Assembly: GCA_964409385.1 (NCBI GenBank)
Contig: CAYPCY010000002.1
Location: forward strand, 143,941-207,940
From: an uncultured Methanosarcinales archaeon
GTDB lineage: Archaea; Nanobdellota; Nanobdellia; Woesearchaeales; CAYPCY01
Reading direction: 5' to 3'
DNA: 64,000 bases
Position numbers and translations under genes: made by a program. Shown in pieces: positions 28,456 to 38,565 of this stretch; within the stretch, counting starts at the first letter, position 1, and each line of letters opens with the position of its first letter. Under the pieces are notes generated by a model, which did not search any database, had not been told where the DNA came from, and saw nothing but the letters and a program-made list of their open reading frames with translations.

Positions 28456-29499
28456 TTAATAGGCGTCTTGATATAATTTATGTAATCTCTTATTGATTCT
28501 AAAATTTTTCAAGAATAAATTTAATTCTTTCGCAACTCCATTCTTTAGATCTAGTGGATGTAGTTTTTTATTTTTAAAATCATCTTCTACATTTTTGTAA
28601 TTAGAATATTCTAGATTTCCACCAAATTTTTCAGGTCTTTCAATAATAAATTTTTCTCCCTTATCAGTTTTGACAACAAAAATGAAATATTTGAGAAGAG
28701 CAAGAATACCATTATTAATATCTCCTGAGACACAATCTGCCTTATTTATTTTTTTGGAAACTATTTTTTCATCATCTAATAAGTCTATCTTACTATTTTC
28801 TATGCTTGAACTCATTTTTTCTCCTACTAATCCTCTTATTAAGGGGTTGATTATTTCAATTCGTGGTTTATATCCTATTTTTGGCATGTATTCTCTTGCA
28901 AAGACCATTATTTTTCTTTGGTCCATTCCTCCAAATTGAATGTCTACTTTCAAGTATTCTTCATCTAATGCTTGCATTAGGGGATATATTAGTCCTGAAA
29001 GTTTAGGATTTTCTCCTAGTTTTACTGTTTCTGCAGCTGATTTTTTGGCGAGTTTGACCGAAGTGTAAGTACTTAATTTTAATAGATCGGCAAAGTATTT
29101 TTTATTTAATTGTAATTCACTTCCTTTTACAAATTCTAATTTGGTAATATCTACCTTGATTATTTTTAGAATTGTTTTAATTGCTTCTTCATAATATTTA
29201 TATCTTTTTTCTAATGTGTTCCAAGGAACACTATCTAATGCGGCATGCAAATCTGCGAGGAGGATTTTAACTTTGAGTCCAGCTTTTAAGAAATCGGCAA
29301 TTTTTAGCATTGGAAAAAAGTATGCGATGGAAATACTTCCTGTTGGCATTGTTCCCCAGTAGACAGAAATTTCTTTTTTATCTTTCAAGAATTTCTCTAG
29401 ATCTTTCTCTCCTAGTATTTCTTCTGTATTTCTTATGATTAATTTTAACTTTTTATTCATACTCTTCAAAAGATTTGTTTTATTAATATATTTTTCCAT
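28456..29499 (-). CDS. tyrS: tyrosine--tRNA ligase, archaeal/eukaryotic type
   Basis: VYWGT.PTG, LLADLHA, YPLMQALD, GGMDQRK, KMSSS, LHPLDLK. Confidence 0.95.
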   Translation of the reverse strand: MEKYINKTNLLKSMNKKLKLIIRNTEEILGEKDLEKFLKDKKEISVYWGTMPTGSISIAYFFPMLKIADFLKAGLKVKILLADLHAALDSVPWNTLEKRYKYYEEAIKTILKIIKVDITKLEFVKGSELQLNKKYFADLLKLSTYTSVKLAKKSAAETVKLGENPKLSGLIYPLMQALDEEYLKVDIQFGGMDQRKIMVFAREYMPKIGYKPRIEIINPLIRGLVGEKMSSSIENSKIDLLDDEKIVSKKINKADCVSGDINNGILALLKYFIFVVKTDKGEKFIIERPEKFGGNLEYSNYKNVEDDFKNKKLHPLDLKNGVAKELNLFLKNFRINKRLHKLYQDAY

Positions 29500-29542
29500 A
29501 AAATCAAAAAACTTATATTGTTTCTTTTAACATAATAAGAGA

Positions 29543-30628
29543 ATGGATTTTACTCAAGTAATTGCATTAATAGTTCTTGTATTCGCAGTCTTATTATTTG
29601 TATTTAGAAGAAAGATTGGTGTTTACTTTACTTCTTTAGCTTATGATTATGGTGTGGATGCAGTATTTTCATTCGCGGATAATTTTATTTATGGTATTGG
29701 ATTGGTTGGTTTGGATATTGGTGATTGGATTGCTGCCAGTTTGATTTTTGCCAGGCAGAAGAAAATAACTGGTGGTTTTATTGCTTTTATTGTTGCTTGG
29801 GAGGCTGCTAATTTTCTTCCTATGAGTTTAATTCCTGGAATTGGTGAGGCTGTTGAGGTTTTCTTTAATTTATTCCCTGCAGTTACAATTTCTTATTTCT
29901 TATTTAATAAGGAGAATAAAGCTAAGGAGCTAGAGAATAATTTAATTCAGGAGATTGGAATTGTTAATCAGTCTGGAGGGGATGCATATAAGGCTAAGAC
30001 TAATTTGGCTGAGGCTCAAAAACAAATTGAGGAAGGTAATTATGCTGTTGCTGTTAATGAATTAAAAAAAGCTAATTTGTCAAGGAAAATTTCTGATTAT
30101 ATTAACAAGTTTGCGTCTTATGTTGATAAAAAATCTAAATTTTTAAGAGAAGAATCTTCTAAGGCACCTTCAGAATTGAAAGATTCTGTTGAGAAAGCAA
30201 TTAAGGAGAGTGAAGCATTTTTTGAACAAATAAGTTCTTCTCATAGTATTTTAGAAGCTATAAATCTTGCAAGACAGGGAGTTACTAGGATTGATTCTGC
30301 AGAGTCTGATTTTGAGAAGATGTTTTCTTCATTGAAGAAAGAGGTTGAGGAAGAGGAAAAGCAAGAATCTTCTGATAAAGAAAAGAAGGAAGAATCTCCT
30401 ATTAAGGAAGTCAAAGAGGAAACTAAAAAAGAACCAGAAGAAGAAAAGGAAGAACCTACTGAAGAGAAGAAAGAAATAAAAGAAATTGAAGAAGAAAAAC
30501 ATGAAATTAAAGATTCTAAAGAAAAAAAAGAAGCAAATGATGTTGATGAAAAAAATAATTCATCCAAAAAGGAGTTTCTTTCTAAATTGTCTAATAAGTT
30601 TTCTGAGAGGTTTTCGAAGAAGCCATAG
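29543..30628 (+). CDS. membrane protein with helical stalk and Glu/Lys-rich tail
   Basis: Hydrophobic N-terminal about 120 aa; low-complexity charged C-terminus. Confidence 0.7.
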   Translation: MDFTQVIALIVLVFAVLLFVFRRKIGVYFTSLAYDYGVDAVFSFADNFIYGIGLVGLDIGDWIAASLIFARQKKITGGFIAFIVAWEAANFLPMSLIPGIGEAVEVFFNLFPAVTISYFLFNKENKAKELENNLIQEIGIVNQSGGDAYKAKTNLAEAQKQIEEGNYAVAVNELKKANLSRKISDYINKFASYVDKKSKFLREESSKAPSELKDSVEKAIKESEAFFEQISSSHSILEAINLARQGVTRIDSAESDFEKMFSSLKKEVEEEEKQESSDKEKKEESPIKEVKEETKKEPEEEKEEPTEEKKEIKEIEEEKHEIKDSKEKKEANDVDEKNNSSKKEFLSKLSNKFSERFSKKP

Positions 30629-30821
30629 CGTAAAGTCTTTTTTTAAGGTTTATTTCCTTGTATTTAGAAGCCGAACTCCAATATTCTACTCTGTCTTTCT
30701 TGAATAATGCTTTATTATTCTCATGAAATTCTTTGTATAATTCACAGGCTATTTTATCAATAGTAGATTCTGGTTCCATAATAAATAAGTTATTTAATAA
30801 AATATAAAAATCTGTCGACAA
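30591..30821 (-). CDS. small hypothetical protein (start probably the Met at about 30779)
   Basis: Short ORF between convergent and divergent genes. Confidence 0.35.
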   Translation of the reverse strand: MSTDFYILLNNLFIMEPESTIDKIACELYKEFHENNKALFKKDRVEYWSSASKYKEINLKKRLYAMASSKTSQKTY

Positions 30822-30854
30822 GTTTATATACTAGTTTTTTTTAACTTTTCTATT

Positions 30855-33800
30855 ATGGGTAAGGGTGTTTTATTAGTTATAGTATTAGCCTTGTTTCTTA
30901 TAGCTTGTGAGGCTGACCTTTTTGGAAGAGCAATCGGGGACACTTTGGAAGAGAATTTCATTGTTTTTTGCGGAGTTCAAGAGTTTAATACTAGAATAAT
31001 AACTACGGAGGTCGGAACTGAAAATACTCTTATTTTTTCTTTTGCTTTTGAAGAAGGTTCTGGTGGTGGATTAGAGCCTATAGGTGGAATTAATCCTCCT
31101 GGTGATGAAGAACATGCTGGTTGTGTTTTATCAGATTTTTTTAGTGTTGATATGAATGGTGATGGAGATACTGAAGATCCTGAAGATCTTAATAGATTGT
31201 CTACAGATTCTGAAAATAATTTACTTACTTTCACACACTCTTTTGAGAATGAAGGAGTTCTAACAATAACAATATTTGCCAGTTTTAATTCTGGAGAAAC
31301 CATGAGATTAATAATTCCTTTTGATGTGAGAGCAGTTCCGGTTCTTGGTTGTAATGATCCTTCAGCAACTAATTATGATCCAGAAGCAACAGAAGATGAT
31401 GGATCTTGTGAGTATGTTGAAGAGTCTTATTTAGATATTATTTCACCTACAAATTTTGAAGTTGAGGCACAGGGAGGAAATTTTAATTTTGAATTTGAAA
31501 CTAATGCTGATTGGCTGGCAATTACTAGTGTTTATTGGTTAAATTTAGATATTGAGTCTGGAACTGAAGATGAACAGATTGTGGTTGGAGTTTTAGAAAA
31601 TACTGGAGAAGAAAGAACGGGGAATATAGAATTACAATCAATTGATGGTTCAGTTAGTGGAATTGTAACTGTAACCCAATCAGGTGTTTTATTGCCTGGT
31701 ATGGAATGTTTTGATTGTCAGGCTAATGAGTGTTTCTTGGATTGTGATCTTGAATGTTTTGGATCTTCCTTTTTTGAAAATCACGGAGATGGTGTTTGTG
31801 ATGATAATAATCCTAACTTGAATTGTGTTGTAGAAAATTCTGATATTGATTTATTTAATGATGGTGGTGATTGTGAAATTGAGAGTTGTCTAGATCCTGA
31901 TGCTGATAATTATAATCCTTCAGGAACTGTTCCTTGTGCTGATTGTTGTTATTATTTATATGATGAAGTTAGTGGTTGTACTAATGTTTCTTCTCCTAAT
32001 TATGATGTTGATGCGATTGTGGATGATGGTTCTTGTTTGCTTGGTTGTTTTGAAGTGGTTGAGTTTGATGATTGTGAATCTCTTGGAATGTGTGATACTA
32101 ATGCGGATGGTAGTGTAGATTCTGATGATTTGGATTATTTATATTATTTTGTTAATACTTTTAATATGGATTTTTGTGGTTTTGGTGATTATACTTGTTA
32201 TTGTAATTTGAATGCTGATGAATTTATTGATTCTAATGATTTGTTTTTGTTTGTTGATTTGTTTTCTGGTTGTACTGATCCTACTGCTTTGAATTATGAT
32301 CCTGTTGTAGTAATTGATGATGGTAGTTGTGAATATATTTATGGTTGTATGGATGTTGATGCTACTAATTATGATGAGGATGCTACTGGTGATGATGGTA
32401 GTTGTGAGTATGATTTTGTGGAGGGTGGTGGAGGTCCTCAATTAATTTTTGGTTGTATGGATTCTGGAGCTTGTAATTATAATCCGGATGCTACTTCATC
32501 TGGTGAGTTTGTTTGTTGGTTTAATGTTACTGGTTGTTCTTGTGATGATGGTTATGGTGCTGTTGTTGATGAATGTGGTGTTTGTAATGGTGATAATTCT
32601 TGCTTGGGTTGTACTGATACTTCCGCAGCTAATTATAATGATTCCGTCACTGTTGATGATGAATCTTGTATTTACCCAATATCAGCTTCTAATCTGACTG
32701 CCACGGGCAATGATAATATGATTAGTTTAACTTGGGATCATCCTTCTTCAGAGTATACTTTTAATATTTTGAGGGATGATGCAATTTACGAATGGGATAT
32801 TGGTGATATTTCATTTGATGACTTGGATCTTGGATTTGATGAAACTCATTGTTATAAAGTGATGGCTTTATTAGATGGTTTAGAAGCAGATAATTTGTCT
32901 AATGAGGCTTGTGCTACTACTAATTCTTTGCCTGATGAGGATGTTTTTGGTTGTACTGATTTTGACGCGTGTAATTTTGATCCTGAGGCGAATGTTAATG
33001 ATGGTGGTTGTGAATATGCTGATTTGTATCTTGATTGTTCTGGTGTTTGTTTGAGTGATGTTGATGCTGATCTTGTTTGTGACGAGTTGGAAGTTTTGGG
33101 TTGTACTGATGAGACTGCTTTGAATTATGATGATTTGGCTACTGAGGATGATGGTAGTTGTGAATATGAATTAATTACTTTAAATTTACAGCCTGATATT
33201 GTCGCAATAATTTCTTTTACTGACTTTGTTGGTGATAATTCTAGTATTGATTCTGTTTTCTCTCCAGAATATTTTTCGGAAGAGCCTGATTCTGTTTTCA
33301 TTACTAGTTTTGGTAGTGGAAGTACTACTTATTATGCTGGCGAGGGGTGGTATGGGAGTTTAGATTTCATTGAGGTTTATACTAATTATACTATTGTTTC
33401 GAATTTTAGTTTTAATTATTCTTATCCTGGACTTGTTATTATTACTTCTGGAAGTGTTGGTTGTACTGATGAGTTTGCTTTGAATTATAATTCTTCTGCT
33501 ACTGTGGGTGATGATAGTTGTATTTATCCTGAAGAGGTTAGTGGTTGTACTGATTCTGGCGCTAATAATTATGATGATTCGGCTACTGTTGTTGATGATT
33601 CTTGTTTGTTCAGTCCTTTAATTGAATTTTCGGTGGGTGGTGGTTATCCTAGAATTGTTAATGTTTCAATTTTTGATGTTGATAATATTAGTAGTGTTCA
33701 TATTTTTAGGTCAGGACCTAATGATGGTTCTTCTGGTTATGTTGAACCTGTTAGTGGTTTTGGAGAGTCTTATAATTCTACTTTTTCCTTGTTTGGTGTG

Positions 33801-35255
33801 GGTATTCATAATATTGCTATAACTGTTAATGATACTTTGAATAATGTTAGCGTTGCATCTTTAATTGAGGTTATTGAATCTTCTGATATTCCTCCTGTTA
33901 CTATTGATGTTTCAATTAGTAATGAGGATTATGTTTTGGGTTCTGAAGAAGAATTGAATTTCCAAGTTTCTTTGGTTGGTGAGGAAGTTACTGGGGATTA
34001 TTTTGTTAATTATACTATTGATTTTATTGGAGGTACTAATGCCACGAACATTTATGATTTTTCAGGTTTTGAATGTGTTTCTAGTTTTAATGAGGAAACT
34101 CAATATTTAGGTTTGGATTGTTCATTGTTAGTTTCAGAATTTAGTCTTGGTGATGGTGTTTATTATTTGAGTGTTTATACTTATTCTCAAGATAATTTAA
34201 TTTTTGATTATTCTACTTTTGCTGTCGCTTCTGATTCTGAAGAGTTTGATGTTGATGTTAATACTTCTTATGGGGATGCTAGTATTGAATTTTGTTTTTC
34301 AGATACTGATGATTGTGTAGATTCTGATGCTTCTGATGGTAGTTTTAATGTTGATGAATTGGCTGATGTTGAGTATGATGTTGAGATTACTTTTGGAGAA
34401 TTTACTATTGAATTTGATGATGTTTTGATTGGTGGTGGTTTGAATGATTTGAATTTGAGTTATGAAGTTTATGAGGATGCTGGTTTTCCTTCTGTTGAGG
34501 ATCCTTCTGTTACTGAGTATTTAGTATTTGCTCATTTGGCTATTGAGTCTGAATTATTGGATTATTTTAGCGGGTTTACTGTTGTTTATTCTGGTTTTGG
34601 AGTTTCTAATTCTGAAGATCTTGTTTTGATTAAATGTTCTGATTGGGATTATGGTAGTTATCAGTGTCTTTCTGATTTGGAAGAGATTTCTTTGGAGATT
34701 ATTTCGGAAAGTGAGGTTTTCTTGTCTTCAGGTAATTTTTCAATTTATTTCTTCGGAGAGGATTTGTTGGGTGATGTTGAAGATGAGGGTGATGGTGGTG
34801 ATGATAATGGTGATGGTGGTGATAATACTGGTGGAACTACTTCTACTAGTTATGGTTGTACTGATTCTTCCGCTACTAATTATGATTCTAGTGCTGATGT
34901 TGATGATGGTTCTTGTTCTTATCCTTCTTCGGAAGTTCTTGGTTGTACTGATGAGGATGCTTTGAATTATGATTCTTTAGCTACTATTGATGATTCTACT
35001 TGCGGGTATTCTATTGATTTAATTACTAATTTGACTGGTGAGATGAATGCTTCAGTAAATGATTCAGAGCCTGTTCTTAATGATTCTAGTCCTCCTGAAT
35101 TGCAACAACCTTTTACTATTCCTCCTAAATTTTTTACGGGTTTAATTATTGTTTTATTTTTGGGTGTTTTAACTTATTTTGTTGTTAAGAGAAAAAAAGT
35201 TTTTGATGAGTTGTATGAGGAGTCTTCTAAACCTCCTAAGCCTCCTAAAGTGTGA
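30855..35255 (+). CDS. large acidic cell-surface protein with about 13 GCxDxxAxNYxxxAxxDDGSC repeats plus BACON-like, dockerin-like, FN3-like and LNR-like modules and a C-terminal TM anchor
   Basis: Lipobox-like LIAC; counted repeats; DTNADGSVDSDD/NLNADEFIDSND pair; C-terminal hydrophobic helix followed by KRKK. Confidence 0.85.
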   Translation: MGKGVLLVIVLALFLIACEADLFGRAIGDTLEENFIVFCGVQEFNTRIITTEVGTENTLIFSFAFEEGSGGGLEPIGGINPPGDEEHAGCVLSDFFSVDMNGDGDTEDPEDLNRLSTDSENNLLTFTHSFENEGVLTITIFASFNSGETMRLIIPFDVRAVPVLGCNDPSATNYDPEATEDDGSCEYVEESYLDIISPTNFEVEAQGGNFNFEFETNADWLAITSVYWLNLDIESGTEDEQIVVGVLENTGEERTGNIELQSIDGSVSGIVTVTQSGVLLPGMECFDCQANECFLDCDLECFGSSFFENHGDGVCDDNNPNLNCVVENSDIDLFNDGGDCEIESCLDPDADNYNPSGTVPCADCCYYLYDEVSGCTNVSSPNYDVDAIVDDGSCLLGCFEVVEFDDCESLGMCDTNADGSVDSDDLDYLYYFVNTFNMDFCGFGDYTCYCNLNADEFIDSNDLFLFVDLFSGCTDPTALNYDPVVVIDDGSCEYIYGCMDVDATNYDEDATGDDGSCEYDFVEGGGGPQLIFGCMDSGACNYNPDATSSGEFVCWFNVTGCSCDDGYGAVVDECGVCNGDNSCLGCTDTSAANYNDSVTVDDESCIYPISASNLTATGNDNMISLTWDHPSSEYTFNILRDDAIYEWDIGDISFDDLDLGFDETHCYKVMALLDGLEADNLSNEACATTNSLPDEDVFGCTDFDACNFDPEANVNDGGCEYADLYLDCSGVCLSDVDADLVCDELEVLGCTDETALNYDDLATEDDGSCEYELITLNLQPDIVAIISFTDFVGDNSSIDSVFSPEYFSEEPDSVFITSFGSGSTTYYAGEGWYGSLDFIEVYTNYTIVSNFSFNYSYPGLVIITSGSVGCTDEFALNYNSSATVGDDSCIYPEEVSGCTDSGANNYDDSATVVDDSCLFSPLIEFSVGGGYPRIVNVSIFDVDNISSVHIFRSGPNDGSSGYVEPVSGFGESYNSTFSLFGVGIHNIAITVNDTLNNVSVASLIEVIESSDIPPVTIDVSISNEDYVLGSEEELNFQVSLVGEEVTGDYFVNYTIDFIGGTNATNIYDFSGFECVSSFNEETQYLGLDCSLLVSEFSLGDGVYYLSVYTYSQDNLIFDYSTFAVASDSEEFDVDVNTSYGDASIEFCFSDTDDCVDSDASDGSFNVDELADVEYDVEITFGEFTIEFDDVLIGGGLNDLNLSYEVYEDAGFPSVEDPSVTEYLVFAHLAIESELLDYFSGFTVVYSGFGVSNSEDLVLIKCSDWDYGSYQCLSDLEEISLEIISESEVFLSSGNFSIYFFGEDLLGDVEDEGDGGDDNGDGGDNTGGTTSTSYGCTDSSATNYDSSADVDDGSCSYPSSEVLGCTDEDALNYDSLATIDDSTCGYSIDLITNLTGEMNASVNDSEPVLNDSSPPELQQPFTIPPKFFTGLIIVLFLGVLTYFVVKRKKVFDELYEESSKPPKPPKV

Positions 35256-35587
35256 TTAATATTATGGGATTAGCTGAGAAAGTTACGAGGGTGAAGGTGT
35301 ATAAGAGTTTGTCAGATAGTGGGGCTTATTATGCTATTGAATCTAATGGCCAGCCGGGTTATTATTCTCAGAGTATTTCTGATCTTGTCTTGACTGCTGG
35401 AAGTTTACTTTCTAGGGCAGAATTAGATTTTTCAAGTACGGGAATGCATGCACAGGGTCATATTCAGGTTAAGATTCTTGATGATAAGGAAGTTTCTGTT
35501 TTGAAGAAGTCTATTAAGGAGTATGAAAAGGGAATTTCTAGTATAAAACCTTCTTATAATGGTAATTCTTACAAGAAATTAATTTGA
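35252..35587 (+). CDS. hypothetical protein
   Basis: 111-aa ORF following the surface protein. Confidence 0.55.
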   Translation: MINIMGLAEKVTRVKVYKSLSDSGAYYAIESNGQPGYYSQSISDLVLTAGSLLSRAELDFSSTGMHAQGHIQVKILDDKEVSVLKKSIKEYEKGISSIKPSYNGNSYKKLI

Positions 35588-36267
35588 GCTATTTCTAAGT
35601 CTTTAAATGATCCTATATCAATCCATTTTTCTTTGAACTTCCATGCATATACTTTGTCGTTTTTTGAAAGCCAGTCTACCATGTGGCCTGCATTGTCTTT
35701 TGAAGTTTCTGAAATGAAATTCATTAGTTTGTTTAATGATTCTTGTNNNNNNNNNNAAACTAGTGTTGCTGCAAGGCTTGTTTTTGGAACTTCTGGTTTT
35801 TCTTCAAACCCTATTATTTTGTTTTTTTTGTCTAATTCTACAACTCCAAATTTGTTTTTTACTTTGTTCTTGTCTTGTAGGTCATGGACTGCTATTGTAT
35901 TTCCTTTTTTTTGAAAATAGTTTTGCATATCTTTTATTTTGAATTCGTAAAGGTTATCTCCTCCTAGTACTAGTATGTCATCATTAATTTCTGTAGTTCT
36001 TACTGCATATTCTAAATCTCCTAATGCGCCTTTTCTTTCTTGTTCGTTTGTTACTTTGTTGTTTATTATGTTTAGTCCTGGATTCCATTTTTTGAATTGT
36101 TCATGGAAGGTTTCATTTACTACTAGGTAAGTGTCTTTTAGGTTTAGATCTTCAACTATATAATCTAGCATTTTTTTATTTCCTATTTTTAGTAGTTGTT
36201 TTGGTATTGTTTTTGTTAATGGGTATAGTCTTGTTGCGTAACCTGCTGCTAGTATTATATTCTTCAT
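35569..36267 (-). CDS. sugar-phosphate nucleotidyltransferase (NTP_transferase family); spans an N gap
   Basis: IILAAGYATRLYPLT..PK.LL, GGDN, EEKP, WIDIG. Confidence 0.92.
   Translation of the reverse strand: MKNIILAAGYATRLYPLTKTIPKQLLKIGNKKMLDYIVEDLNLKDTYLVVNETFHEQFKKWNPGLNIINNKVTNEQERKGALGDLEYAVRTTEINDDILVLGGDNLYEFKIKDMQNYFQKKGNTIAVHDLQDKNKVKNKFGVVELDKKNKIIGFEEKPEVPKTSLAATLVXXXXQESLNKLMNFISETSKDNAGHMVDWLSKNDKVYAWKFKEKWIDIGSFKDLEIAQINFL
35747..35756. other. assembly gap (10 N)
   Basis: Run of n inside the nucleotidyltransferase gene. Confidence 0.99.
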
Positions 36268-36343
36268 TGTTTTTTTGGTATTGTTTGTTTCTTTTTAAGT
36301 TTTTTACAAAAATTTTATATAATAAATGTGGTAAATAGCTATT

Positions 36344-36565
36344 ATGGATTTTCCAGAATTAGTTAGGTTTACTGAAGATTCGTTAAAGTCTTCTTCTAAA
36401 GAGGAGGCTAGTTCTTCATTGAGTAAGTTAGGTGTTCCGCCTGGTGATATTGAGAATGTTTTTAGTATTGTTAAGAAGAGGAAGGAGCTTTTTATTGGTG
36501 GTATTCTTGTCTTTATTGTTTCGTTGGTTTTACTGGTTTCATTAACTTATTATTTCTTTTTTTAA
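36344..36565 (+). CDS. small protein with C-terminal TM helix
   Basis: 73-aa ORF; TTTTATAT box upstream. Confidence 0.6.
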   Translation: MDFPELVRFTEDSLKSSSKEEASSSLSKLGVPPGDIENVFSIVKKRKELFIGGILVFIVSLVLLVSLTYYFFF

Positions 36566-36602
36566 GGAAAGTTTTATATATTGATTCTTGTAATGTTTAA
36601 GT

Positions 36603-38540
36603 ATGAAGTTAATAGTTATTTCAATTGTTTTTCTTTTTTTAGTTTCTGCATGTGAGGATTTGGTTGGTAGGGGTAGTGGTACTGAAGATGAGGATATTCC
36701 TTTATTAGGTTGTACTGATCCTGAAGCTAGTAATTTTGATCCTGAGGCTACTGTTGATGATGGTAGTTGTGAATATTCTAAGGTTGATATTATTTTATTA
36801 ACTCAAGTTGTAGTTTATGATTATTTTACTGGTGGTGGTGATGATTTCTTATTTGATATTGAAATTAGTGATTTGGAGGATGATACTCACTTGTCTAGAG
36901 TTTCTTCTATTTCAATCAGTTCAGTTTCTGGAGGGGATGGTGTTGGATTGATCGCTGGTGATTTTTGTGCGATTAATTATGGGGGTGGTAATGCTGGTAC
37001 TGGTTTGGCAACTGGTGAGGATGATGGTGTTTCTGGATTGGTAATTGTTGTTGCTTCTTGTAATGTTCCTGTTGCTAGTTTTATTGAAAATGGTGGTTTT
37101 GGGGATTATGTGGTTTCTGTTGGTTATACTGGGCTTTCTGGTTGGGTTGCTTCTGATGAGGAAGTTTTCCAAGTGAAGAATTCTGTTCCTGTTCCTGGTT
37201 GTATGGATTCTGATGCTTTGAATTATAACTTGTGGGCTACTGAGGATGATGGTAGTTGTTCTTATCCTTTTGCAGAATTTGCCGATCCTGGTTATATTCA
37301 ACTAATTAATTATTATGGGGTTGAGTATGATCTTAACTTTAATGCACTTCCTGAATGGACTCTTTCTTCAGATGTGGAGTGGCTTAGTTTTAGTTCTTCT
37401 ACTGGTTATGGTGGTGGTAGTGTTATTTTAATTGTAGATTCTAATTATGGTGTTGAGGATCGTCAGGGTGTTATTACTTTGAGTCTTGATGATTATTCTG
37501 TTCAGGATACTTTTAATGTTGAGCAAGATGGCATGAATCCTGGAGATGTTTGTATTGATTGTAATGATCATAGTTGTTCTTTGGATTGTGATCTTAATTG
37601 TGTTGGCATTTTGAATTTTGTTAATTTGGGAGATGGTATTTGTGATGAGTATATGAATTGTGAAGGGTGGAGTTTTGATGCTGGTGATTGTGTTTCTGGT
37701 TGTATGAACCTTGACGCTTTGAATTATGATGAAGATGCTACTGTTGATGATGGATCTTGTATTTTTGATTGGGTTGATGTTCAAGTTTCTCAGGAAGAGT
37801 ATTCTTATGATGAGGATAATGTTTCGGGGATTGTCGAATTTAATGTTTTATTGGGGGAAATTACTGTTGATACTGATAATTTAGTTATTGATATTTTACT
37901 TGGTGATTCTGTTATTGTCTCTTCAATTTTTAGTTCTTATTGTGATAATTCTATTATGGATGAGGAAGATTCTGACAGGGATACTGAGGATCCTGTAGCC
38001 CAGACTAGTATTGTTTGTAGTGTTGCCGTTGAAGATTTCTTTGAGAGTTTCGGAACTTATGGTGTTTTTGCTAATTATTCTAATATGGATGGTTCTAGTA
38101 GTGATGTTGATAATTTCTTAATAGTTCCGGAGGGTGAAGTAATTCTTGGATGTACTGATTCTTCAGCTTTGAATTATTATGTTGATGCTAATGTTGATGA
38201 TAGTAGTTGTGAGTATGCAGATGATGGTGATGGTGATGGTGATAATAATGATAATGATGTTCCTCCTCCTCAGCAAGAACCTCCTGAAGATACAGATGAT
38301 AATGCTACTGAAGACACTACAGAAGAAACTACTACAACAGATACTACGGAAACAACTACCAATACTGGTTCTGAGGATGAAGAGGATAATGTTTCTGAGC
38401 CAGCTCAAGAATTCCCTGACCAGGATGTTTCTATGGTTGAACTTACTAAGAATTGGAAGATTGCAATTTTAGGACTTATTGCTTTGATTATGCTTATTGT
38501 TCCTTTACTTATGTTCAGGGCGAGAATGATAAAGAGTTAA
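36603..38540 (+). CDS. acidic surface protein, paralogue of 30855-35255 (4 GCxD repeats, BACON-like, LNR-like, Thr/Asp linker, C-terminal TM)
   Basis: VSAC lipobox-like N-terminus; GCTDPEASNFDPEATVDDGSC and three more repeats. Confidence 0.85.
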   Translation: MKLIVISIVFLFLVSACEDLVGRGSGTEDEDIPLLGCTDPEASNFDPEATVDDGSCEYSKVDIILLTQVVVYDYFTGGGDDFLFDIEISDLEDDTHLSRVSSISISSVSGGDGVGLIAGDFCAINYGGGNAGTGLATGEDDGVSGLVIVVASCNVPVASFIENGGFGDYVVSVGYTGLSGWVASDEEVFQVKNSVPVPGCMDSDALNYNLWATEDDGSCSYPFAEFADPGYIQLINYYGVEYDLNFNALPEWTLSSDVEWLSFSSSTGYGGGSVILIVDSNYGVEDRQGVITLSLDDYSVQDTFNVEQDGMNPGDVCIDCNDHSCSLDCDLNCVGILNFVNLGDGICDEYMNCEGWSFDAGDCVSGCMNLDALNYDEDATVDDGSCIFDWVDVQVSQEEYSYDEDNVSGIVEFNVLLGEITVDTDNLVIDILLGDSVIVSSIFSSYCDNSIMDEEDSDRDTEDPVAQTSIVCSVAVEDFFESFGTYGVFANYSNMDGSSSDVDNFLIVPEGEVILGCTDSSALNYYVDANVDDSSCEYADDGDGDGDNNDNDVPPPQQEPPEDTDDNATEDTTEETTTTDTTETTTNTGSEDEEDNVSEPAQEFPDQDVSMVELTKNWKIAILGLIALIMLIVPLLMFRARMIKS

Positions 38541-38565
38541 AAACCTTGCTGTTTTTCTAAGGTTA

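Noticed and set aside
30340..30560. Purine-rich GAA/AAA stretch as a possible tandem repeat
   Set aside because: It simply encodes a Glu/Lys low-complexity tail.
31900..38472. Met/Val/Leu-rich or Ile/Thr-rich alternative-frame ORFs within the surface-protein genes
   Set aside because: Artefacts of the GAT/GTT-rich biased codon usage of the real genes.
30855..38540. Recurring ggttgtactgat...gatgatggtagttgt DNA repeats as a possible CRISPR array
   Set aside because: They are in-frame, degenerate at synonymous sites and irregularly spaced, so they are protein repeats; no cas genes were seen.
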